Shown: positions 18,686 through 26,580 of the stretch, piece after piece | Position numbering within the stretch: the stretch's first letter is position 1 | Layout: each line of letters begins with the position of its first letter | IMG/VR virus record: IMGVR_UViG_3300028886_000042 | Strand: one strand, 5' to 3' | From: a virus | Taxonomy: Duplodnaviria > Caudoviricetes | Length of the DNA: 64,000 nucleotides | The notes under the pieces: model-generated | Databases searched by the model: none | Seen by the model: the letters and a program-made list of their open reading frames with translations, nothing else | Told to the model about the DNA's origin: nothing | Made by a program: the position numbers and the translations under genes

Positions 18686-21600
18686 ATGGATAACAGTATA
18701 AACGAAAACATTAATCCTTGGATTTATGACTATTCAGGGGATTCAGGAACCGGTATGATTAAGCCGATTTCCGTTGAGGGTGTTGATGAGGGGGAATTGC
18801 ATGATGCAATAAATACTGCTGTTGACAACCTTGTGGACGGTGCACCGGAAGAACTGAACACAATCGGGGAACTTGCAAATGCGATACTTGATGACGAGGA
18901 TATAGAGGAAGAATTGCGTGAAGAAATAAACGCTAAGTTAAACATTTCAACCTATGAAGCCGATAAGGTTAACTTTGTAAGAAAGGAAGATTTGCCGACA
19001 AAGGTATCTGATTTGGAGAATGACCTTAATTTCACTACTGATGAAGCAGTTGAAGGGAAACTTGAAACCTATTTCAACAATGCCGCCTATAACAGTGATG
19101 CCAAACTTATCGAGTTCAAGCATAATGATAACACTCTTGTTACTATTGATGCTTCTGTTTTCATTAAGGACGGTATGATTGATGAGGTTAAGATTGTTGA
19201 CGGTAATCTCGTCATAACATTCAATACCGAATCCGGTAAAGAACCGATTTCAATACCTTTGACTGATATTTTCAATCCTGACAACTATTATACGAAGGAT
19301 GAAACAGACAGTCTGCTTGCTGCAAAGGCTAACGTTGCCGATGTATATACTAAGGATGATGTTGACAGTAAATTGTCTGAAAAAGCAAACACTGCTGATG
19401 TTGAAACCGCACTGGCCGGTAAGGCAAACACAGGTGATTCATATACTAAGTCTGAGGAAGATAGTCTGCTTGCTGCTAAGGCTAATGTAGGCGATTCTTA
19501 CACTAAGGATGAAACAGATACAAAGTTGTCGGAAAAGGCTAATATTTCTGATGTATATACTAAGGGTGAAACAGATGCAAAACTTGAGACAAAGGCTAAC
19601 GTAGGTGATTCATATACTAAGGACGAAGCAGATGTTAAATTGTCCGAAAAAGCAAACGTAGCCGATGTATATACTAAGGGTGAAACAGATACTGCTTTGA
19701 ATGCTAAAGCTGATACTACATTTGTAGAAACAGAACTTGCTAAGAAGGCAGATGCAGAGAATGTATATACAAAGGAAGAAACTGATAATAAATTAGCAGA
19801 AAAGGCTAATGTAGGTGAATCCTATACTAAGGCAGAGGAAGATGAACTGCTTGCTGTAAAGGCTGATTCAGATGATTTGGCTGCTGTTGCAACAAGCGGA
19901 AGTTATAATGATTTGGAAGATAAGCCTGAAATTCCTGTTGTACCTACTAATGTAAGTGCATTTGTAAATGATGCCGGTTATCTTACTGAGCATCAGTCAC
20001 TCGAAGATTACCCTACCAAGGAGGAAATGGCCGAGGCCGACAATACGGTTAAGAAGGATGTATTTACGAAGATTTGGTCTAACCCTACTAATGTGGATAA
20101 TGGTTATTTCCAGACAAAGTATGTGAATACAAAGGGTAATGAGGCTATGCTGTGGAACGAGTCCGACGGTGGCGGTGCATTGTTCAAGAATAAGGTTGCA
20201 AACATAAATTCATTCGTAGGTGTAAATGAGGATAACGCTGACGGTGTTTGTGTACAGATTTATTCAAAGGATGCCACTACTAATCAGGGTTCAAGGCTTA
20301 ATGCTAATCCTAACGGTATCTACTACGGTGTAGGTACGAGTGCTTCAATTGTCCCTGAGAAGGAACTTGCCGTTAAGGGTGATATAGCAGAGGCAGTTGA
20401 GGATTTGGCAAAGAAGAGTGATATACCCGTAAATGTTTCTCAGTTGAATAATGATGCCGGTTATCTTACACAACATCAGTCACTAAGTAACTATATTAAC
20501 AATGTTGACTATAATTCAGAAGCCAAGGCTATTCTTTTCAAACATGATGAAACTGTTCTTGATACGATTGATGCAACACCGTTTATAAAGGACGGTATGA
20601 TTAGTAACGTAGAGATTACAGACGGAAATCTTGTCATAACTTTCAATACTGATTCAGGTAAGGAGCCTATAACAATTCCTCTGACTGAAATATTCAATCC
20701 TGAGAATTACTATACAAAGGATGAAACAGATGTCAAGTTTGCAACAAAGGAGGAATCAGAAGCCGGTGATGAAGCTGCTAAGAAGGCTGTATTCACTAAG
20801 ATATGGTCTAATCCTACAAATGTGGATAACGGTTATTTCCAGACGAAGTATGTAAATGCTGATAACAGTACTGCTATGCTGTGGAATGAATCCGACGGTG
20901 GAGGTGCACTGTTTGACAACAAGACTACCGGTGTTAAAACATTCGTAGGTGTAAATAATGGTGAAGGTAATATCTATGCACAGATTTATTCTAAGAATGC
21001 AACTACTAATCAGGGTTCTAGACTGAATGTTAATCCTGACGGTATTTACTATGGTGTAGGTACAAGTGCTTCGATTGTTCCCGAAAAGGAACTTGCAGTT
21101 AAAGGTGACATTCCTGTTAATGTTTCTCAGTTGAATAATGATGCCGGTTATCTTACACAGCATCAGTCACTCGAAGATTATCCTACAAAGGAGGAAATGG
21201 CAGAAGCCGACAATTCCGTTAAGAATGCAGTATTCAGTAAGATTTGGTCTAATCCGTCAAATATTGAAAAGGGATGGTTTAAAACTGTTTATACAAATAC
21301 TGACGGCAGTTATGCACAGATTTGGAACGAATCTGACGGTGGCGGTTCACAGTTCTATAACTCATCTGAGAATATCATTACCTATGTAGGTGTTAATTCA
21401 GAGGGAAGAAACGGTGTATGTGCACAGATTTATTCAAAAGATAAGGCTACAAATGAAGGTTCGAGACTGAATGTAAACCCAACCGGTATCTACTACGGTG
21501 TAGGTACAAGTGCTTCAATAGTACCTGAAAAGGAACTTGCTGTTAAGGGTGACATCGCAACTGACAGAGCTGAGGTTGACGCTATTATAGCAGAAAAGGA

Positions 21601-22309
21601 TGCTAAGATAACCGAATTGAATAATAATCTTTACAACCTTAAAAAAATTGTCGGCAATATGGGTGGTGATGTTACTTATGACTTGCCAAATGAAGGTAAA
21701 TCATTCAATACACTTATGCAAAATAACGGTACAGTTAAGATGTCTGAAGATGTTACAACAGGTAGATTCGGCCCCGGTGTGATGGCAAGTAATACGGTCA
21801 CATTGAATCTGAACGGTCATACGCTTACTGTTAATACTACAGGCGATGCAGCAAGTATTCTTGCAAGGGGTACAGAGACAGTAACCATAAAGGGAACCGG
21901 TGCAAACAGTAAAATAGTAAATGAAACAGCAGATAAGATTGTTTGGTGTTCCGGAAGTGCAACTGTTAATATCCAAAGCGGTAATTTCATAGGACAGGGC
22001 ACTGACGGTTCTGAGGTAATCTATTGTGAAAGCGGTACTATTAACATTACAGGCGGTACATTCAGAAGTAATTGTGCTGACAAGCGTTATCTGCTGAACT
22101 GTAAGGACGATAACTTTGCAGCAGGTACGGCTAAGATTCTAATCAGCAGTACAAGTACTACTTCCGGCCCTAAGTTCTATGACTTTGACCCAAGCAATAA
22201 CCCCGAAGGTGAAGGTACAACTTACGTAGCAGAAGGAAATCATGTGATTTCTTCAACAGTTACAGAGGAAGGTGTTGAATATACCGTTTATACTGTTGTT
22301 AAGGACTGA
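18686..22309 (+). CDS. Large repetitive fibre/structural protein
   Basis: GAPEELNTIGELA, tandem KANxxDxYTKxExD repeats, NDAGYLT repeats, duplicated/triplicated domains, C-terminal beta-helix-like region; TATTTAT at 18657. Confidence 0.75.
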   Translation: MDNSINENINPWIYDYSGDSGTGMIKPISVEGVDEGELHDAINTAVDNLVDGAPEELNTIGELANAILDDEDIEEELREEINAKLNISTYEADKVNFVRKEDLPTKVSDLENDLNFTTDEAVEGKLETYFNNAAYNSDAKLIEFKHNDNTLVTIDASVFIKDGMIDEVKIVDGNLVITFNTESGKEPISIPLTDIFNPDNYYTKDETDSLLAAKANVADVYTKDDVDSKLSEKANTADVETALAGKANTGDSYTKSEEDSLLAAKANVGDSYTKDETDTKLSEKANISDVYTKGETDAKLETKANVGDSYTKDEADVKLSEKANVADVYTKGETDTALNAKADTTFVETELAKKADAENVYTKEETDNKLAEKANVGESYTKAEEDELLAVKADSDDLAAVATSGSYNDLEDKPEIPVVPTNVSAFVNDAGYLTEHQSLEDYPTKEEMAEADNTVKKDVFTKIWSNPTNVDNGYFQTKYVNTKGNEAMLWNESDGGGALFKNKVANINSFVGVNEDNADGVCVQIYSKDATTNQGSRLNANPNGIYYGVGTSASIVPEKELAVKGDIAEAVEDLAKKSDIPVNVSQLNNDAGYLTQHQSLSNYINNVDYNSEAKAILFKHDETVLDTIDATPFIKDGMISNVEITDGNLVITFNTDSGKEPITIPLTEIFNPENYYTKDETDVKFATKEESEAGDEAAKKAVFTKIWSNPTNVDNGYFQTKYVNADNSTAMLWNESDGGGALFDNKTTGVKTFVGVNNGEGNIYAQIYSKNATTNQGSRLNVNPDGIYYGVGTSASIVPEKELAVKGDIPVNVSQLNNDAGYLTQHQSLEDYPTKEEMAEADNSVKNAVFSKIWSNPSNIEKGWFKTVYTNTDGSYAQIWNESDGGGSQFYNSSENIITYVGVNSEGRNGVCAQIYSKDKATNEGSRLNVNPTGIYYGVGTSASIVPEKELAVKGDIATDRAEVDAIIAEKDAKITELNNNLYNLKKIVGNMGGDVTYDLPNEGKSFNTLMQNNGTVKMSEDVTTGRFGPGVMASNTVTLNLNGHTLTVNTTGDAASILARGTETVTIKGTGANSKIVNETADKIVWCSGSATVNIQSGNFIGQGTDGSEVIYCESGTINITGGTFRSNCADKRYLLNCKDDNFAAGTAKILISSTSTTSGPKFYDFDPSNNPEGEGTTYVAEGNHVISSTVTEEGVEYTVYTVVKD
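19285..19870 (+). repeat. Intragenic ~57-bp (19-aa) tandem repeats, about 10 copies
   Basis: Recurrent aaggctaaYgt...tatactaag encoding KANVGDSYTK/KANVADVYTK. Confidence 0.85.
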
Positions 22310-22413
22310 TAAGTGTTTTTTGTTCATATTATAATTTCAGAACCATCGATAATTGTTTCAGTTATCGGTGGTTTTTTATTTGGGAAGTATATTTATAAGA
22401 AAATTGAAGGTAA

Positions 22414-23160
22414 ATGAAACAAACTATAAAACTGTCTGAATCTAAACTCAGACACATGGTAAGGGAGGCTGTTAAACAAGAAATTGACAGAACTATAAAC
22501 GAGGTTGGTAATGGGCCGGATTTTCAAAGGAAACTTGGTGCGTTGCAAGCAAGAAAGGTTATTAATGCCGACGGTGAAACTTCTGATGAACTGTTTGATA
22601 ATCAAGCAAAAGAAGGGGGAAAAATTTATAACTATGCCAAGAATCAACGTTCATATTCAGGAAAAGACAGCGATGAATTTGGAAATACAGTAAATCCTTT
22701 GTATAAGGAATACACTAAAGGTTATCATGAATATCTTAATGCACATCCGGAAGAATTGTCTAAACGTCATAACAGATTGAGAGAACTTGGTTATTACGAC
22801 GAGTCCATTGACAGAGTAATAAAGGAATCGATTAAACATATTATCCGAGAGCATGAAGAGGATTGGTTCAATGAGGATGATACGGCATTTATAGGCAGAA
22901 CAGCAGCTTACTATGAGGATGATGATGATAGTATGTTTGTACCGGAAATGTGGACATATGACAACACACCCGATTCAAAGGATTTTGCCGGTGATGTTTT
23001 CAGATTGTCTGAAGAAGGTAAGAGCGAACTTAACTGGTGGATAAGATGTCAGAGATTTAATGAATATCAAAGGAAAAATGCATTTAACCCTAACCTTAAA
23101 AATCCCGAAGAAGAATTTGAATATCTTGTCAAAAATTTTGCTGAGGAACAAATAAGATAA
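22414..23160 (+). CDS. Protein with LSES-type leader and a second internal leader-like segment
   Basis: MKQTIKLSESKLRHMVREAVKQEIDRTINE; internal DESIDRVIKESIKHIIRE; TATTTAT at 22390. Confidence 0.7.
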   Translation: MKQTIKLSESKLRHMVREAVKQEIDRTINEVGNGPDFQRKLGALQARKVINADGETSDELFDNQAKEGGKIYNYAKNQRSYSGKDSDEFGNTVNPLYKEYTKGYHEYLNAHPEELSKRHNRLRELGYYDESIDRVIKESIKHIIREHEEDWFNEDDTAFIGRTAAYYEDDDDSMFVPEMWTYDNTPDSKDFAGDVFRLSEEGKSELNWWIRCQRFNEYQRKNAFNPNLKNPEEEFEYLVKNFAEEQIR

Positions 23161-23179
23161 TTGACTGTTAATTTCATTA

Positions 23180-23380
23180 TATCAAAAAAAGTGAATCGTG
23201 AACTACCACTGAACTAAAGATTCAGTGGCATCCTTTCCCTTTCGGGTTAGGATTTTCCTGCTTCATCGAGAATACTTGCTTCAAGGTTTCCCTAAAAGTA
23301 GCGGCACTCTCTCCACCGGCGCGTTTAAATTTAGTATACGGGACACCACAGCACCCATGGAAGTCTCGTAGAAATTCATC
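23180..23380 (-). ncRNA. TnpB omegaRNA (reRNA) with flank-derived guide
   Basis: Overlaps the tnpB 3' end and the right-end hairpin; predicted guide begins GATTCACTTTTTTT. The 5' boundary is a guess. Confidence 0.6.
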
Positions 23381-24745
23381 ACGTATATTCAACGATGCAT
23401 TACGGTCTCTGTCTATAATACAACCGCATACCGGGCATACCCATTCACGGTCTGACAGCTGTAACGCACTGTTTTTACTACCGCATTCATGGCAGGTTTT
23501 CGAGGATGCAAACCATTTATCCACCTTATAAACAAAGGCATCGTACTTCTCTGCTTCCTTCTCCAACCAACTGACGAATTTCCCCCAACCTAAATCCATG
23601 ACACTTTTACCTAAGTTCAGAGTACGGGACATGGCCTGAATATCCAAATCCTCTATACTTATCACATCGTACTTACGCACGAAATACAAAGCCAACTTTA
23701 TAATGAAATCCTCACGCCTTCTGGCTACCTTGCCGTGCAATCGGGCAAGCCTCTTTCTGGCTTTCTTGTAATTCTCAGTCTCCACCTTCTTCTCCACTCC
23801 GTCCACAATTACTTTCTTGTAATGTGTCTTCCTGGATAATACATGGCTTAGCTTCTTGATATGCTCCTCCTCCTTACGGTAATTGTGCTCATACTTGATT
23901 CTCGTATCATCACTACTTTCAGAGGAAACGCAGAATTTAGGAAGGGACATATCCAAACCCACTACGTTCGGGTCAGATATGCTGTTATATCTGTTAAGCA
24001 ACGGAAGTTGCTTTTCACATTCTATGTTAAGGGAAACATGGAATTCCCCTGCACTGGTCATTGATACTGTTACACGTTTAATCGTACCGTTATCAGGTAA
24101 CGGCCTATGCTGTACCACATTGACCCAACCCAACTTGGGCAGTTTTATTTGCGTGTTACTCTCGTTAAAACGTATGTTACTGCCTTGGTTCGATGTCTGG
24201 TAGGCAAATCTGGACTTACGTCTCGACTTGAGTTTAGGGAAACCGACTTTTCTGCCTTTACGTTTACCTTTTTTTGACTTGAAAAACGTATTAAGTGCAT
24301 TGACGAAATTCATTCTGGCACAGGACAGTGCCAATGCATCGGCCTGCTTCATCCATGGCTTGCCATCGAGTTGTATTTCCTTTGCTGTCGGTATAGTATC
24401 ATCGAATTCCCCTTGCGGTTTACCGTTTTCGACCCATTTCCGGTAGTTGTCCGTGTACGTAGTCAGACAGGTGTTATACACGACACGGCAACATCCGCAA
24501 GTCTGTAGAATGGCTTGCTGCTGCTGTTCGTTTGGGTATATTCTGTATTTACGTACAATAGTCATGGTTTTTAACGGAATTTAACGCAAAATTTGTTTAT
24601 GTCTCTGAAACGTAGTACATTTGCATCGTAAAACGTAACAGAGGTTATATATTATAAATATAGAGTGAAATGGTTTTTTAAATCAATAGTAGATGTGGAT
24701 TCATCCCCTAAACTGAAGATTTAGGGGAATTCTCCAGTAAAGTTT
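23198..24745 (-). mobile_element. Non-autonomous IS200/IS605-family (IS1341-like) TnpB element
   Basis: Left-end hairpin CCCCTAAA-TCTTCAG-TTTAGGGG; right-end hairpin CCACTGAA-TCTTTAG-TTCAGTGG ending TAGTTCAC; putative TAM TTAAT at 24746-24750; no tnpA. Confidence 0.85.
23222..24565 (-). CDS. tnpB: TnpB RNA-guided endonuclease
   Basis: YRIYPN...GCCRVVYN, RuvC-I VGLDMS, RuvC-II ISIEDL, Zn ribbon CHECG/CPVCG, RuvC-III DRDRNASLNI. Confidence 0.95.
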   Translation of the reverse strand: MTIVRKYRIYPNEQQQQAILQTCGCCRVVYNTCLTTYTDNYRKWVENGKPQGEFDDTIPTAKEIQLDGKPWMKQADALALSCARMNFVNALNTFFKSKKGKRKGRKVGFPKLKSRRKSRFAYQTSNQGSNIRFNESNTQIKLPKLGWVNVVQHRPLPDNGTIKRVTVSMTSAGEFHVSLNIECEKQLPLLNRYNSISDPNVVGLDMSLPKFCVSSESSDDTRIKYEHNYRKEEEHIKKLSHVLSRKTHYKKVIVDGVEKKVETENYKKARKRLARLHGKVARRREDFIIKLALYFVRKYDVISIEDLDIQAMSRTLNLGKSVMDLGWGKFVSWLEKEAEKYDAFVYKVDKWFASSKTCHECGSKNSALQLSDREWVCPVCGCIIDRDRNASLNIRDEFLRDFHGCCGVPYTKFKRAGGESAATFRETLKQVFSMKQENPNPKGKGCH

Positions 24746-24770
24746 ATTAAATTAGATTCACTTTTTTGTT

Positions 24771-25124
24771 TTATTCCTCAATATTTTCGTATATGTTGTT
24801 TTTCTCTTCCTCCTGTTTTTTGGTTTCCTCGTTTTCGGCAGTTACATTCTCTATGGTATTGATTTCCTTTAGGATTTTCGACAGACTTGTTGTTTCCTTC
24901 TGATATACTTTATTATCCTTTTCGTGGTCAACGAGTATCTGTTCTACTTTTACATCCCTTATAATCTTTTTGATACCTGCTTTTGACAGTACTTCATCAT
25001 CAAATATAACACCCTGTTTAATAAGTGCGAAGATAATCTTCTTGTCTGTCACTAAGTCACCTACTGTTTTACCTTTGTATTTACCTGACGTAATTTCCGA
25101 ATTGATATTAAGTGTCTGGTTCAT
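24771..25124 (-). CDS. Hypothetical protein
   Basis: 117-aa ORF with ITSGKYKGKTV motif. Confidence 0.65.
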   Translation of the reverse strand: MNQTLNINSEITSGKYKGKTVGDLVTDKKIIFALIKQGVIFDDEVLSKAGIKKIIRDVKVEQILVDHEKDNKVYQKETTSLSKILKEINTIENVTAENEETKKQEEEKNNIYENIEE

Positions 25125-25294
25125 TTTTTTGCGAAAATTGAAAAAATATTAAATGTTAGCTAACTCTTTGTTTAATCCTGTACTGAACAATGATAATTAT
25201 ATTATAAAAAAGTACCTCCTTCCTAACGTCACAGATGTGCTAAGAATATATGCCTTGTACGTTGTAGTTTAGGGGGTACTTTCTTTTAAGCGTA

Positions 25295-26467
25295 TCAGGC
25301 AGCCTCAGTTAATTTTTTGCTATAGTTTTTGAACATTTCCTCTGTTACGGTAAGTTTAACCCTTTCCTTCTGGTAGCCTCCGTATTCAAACATAATGTCG
25401 GCAAGGAGTTTGTCAATAACACCGCGAAGGCTTCTTGCACCTGTTTTTGCCTTGTATGCTTCTTTGGCAATAGCCCTTAATGCACCCTCCTCGAATTCAA
25501 TTTCAATGTTGTCAATCCAAAATAGTTTCTTGTATTGTTTGATAATTGAATTCTTCGTATCTGTAAGAATCTGATACAGCTGTTCCTCAGTAAGATGCTT
25601 TACATGTGTAACGAGAGGGAATCTTCCTATAAGTTCAGGAATGAATCCGAATTTCTTAAGGTCATCTGAAGTTACCTCAGCAAGCAAGTCCTCTTCCTCT
25701 GTGTTGGTTTTATCTTCAGTTGAAACAGTATTGAAACCGATTCTTTTCTTGTTCTTGCGCTTTTCGATAATTCTTTCAATGCCGTCAAAAGCACCGATAC
25801 CGAAGAAAAGGATATTAGTAGTATCAACCGGAATACATTCCTGTTCAGGATGTTTTCTTCCTCCGTTTGGCGGTACGTTAACAATGCTTCCTTCTACAAG
25901 TTTAAGTAATGACTGCTGTACACCTTCTCCACCGACATCCCTTGTAATTGAAGGATTTTCGGACTTCCTCGTTATCTTGTCAAATTCATCGAATACGATA
26001 ATTGCATGCTGCGTTGCCTGAATGTTGAAGTTGGCATTTCTCAACGCACCGAGAACAGCGTTTTCAACATCATCACCGACATATCCGGCAGAACTTAATG
26101 ATGTTGCATCCTGTATATAGAAAGGTATATTCAAATGTTTGGCCAACAGCCTTAGCATATAGGTTTTTCCACTTCCTGTATTCCCCATTATGATACAGTT
26201 TGTTTTTTCGATTTCAACTCCTTCATAAGGGTTGTTTTCATCATTTCTGGTATATCCGTAGATATTGTCCATGAAACGCTTGTAGTGGTTGTACACTGCA
26301 ACTGAAATGTACTTCTTCGCCTCCTCCTGTCCGATTACATACTGATTAAGGTAGTCATACAGATACTTCGGTGTTACCTTGTCCATAATCTCCCTCATCT
26401 GAGCCTTAATCTCGTTGATTTCTTCCTGAGTAAGTTCTTCCTGTTGTTCTTTTTTTGTTTTTGCCAT
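25295..26467 (-). CDS. clpX: ClpX-like AAA+ unfoldase lacking the N-terminal zinc-binding domain
   Basis: YVIGQEEAKK, AVYNHYKR, GNTGSGKT, AGYVGDDVE, DEFDKI, ITRDVGGEGVQQSLLK, GGRKHP, IGF, IPELIGR, TGARSLR; likely start at 26467. Confidence 0.93.
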   Translation of the reverse strand: MAKTKKEQQEELTQEEINEIKAQMREIMDKVTPKYLYDYLNQYVIGQEEAKKYISVAVYNHYKRFMDNIYGYTRNDENNPYEGVEIEKTNCIIMGNTGSGKTYMLRLLAKHLNIPFYIQDATSLSSAGYVGDDVENAVLGALRNANFNIQATQHAIIVFDEFDKITRKSENPSITRDVGGEGVQQSLLKLVEGSIVNVPPNGGRKHPEQECIPVDTTNILFFGIGAFDGIERIIEKRKNKKRIGFNTVSTEDKTNTEEEDLLAEVTSDDLKKFGFIPELIGRFPLVTHVKHLTEEQLYQILTDTKNSIIKQYKKLFWIDNIEIEFEEGALRAIAKEAYKAKTGARSLRGVIDKLLADIMFEYGGYQKERVKLTVTEEMFKNYSKKLTEAA

Positions 26468-26580
26468 TAGTAAAAAAGTTTTTTGTTTGATTTTCGACTG
26501 CAAAGGTACGAAATGTTTTCCTAAACACCAAATTTCCCTATATTTATTTTTATAAAATTTTGTATTTTTAACATTTAAGC

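Noticed and set aside
19285-19870. Regularly spaced repeats resembling a CRISPR array
   Set aside because: Degenerate, in-frame protein-coding repeats without unique spacers; no cas genes.
20040-21560. Near-identical repeats as a DGR template/variable pair
   Set aside because: All copies are in frame within one gene, differences are not confined to adenines as far as I can see, and no reverse transcriptase is present.
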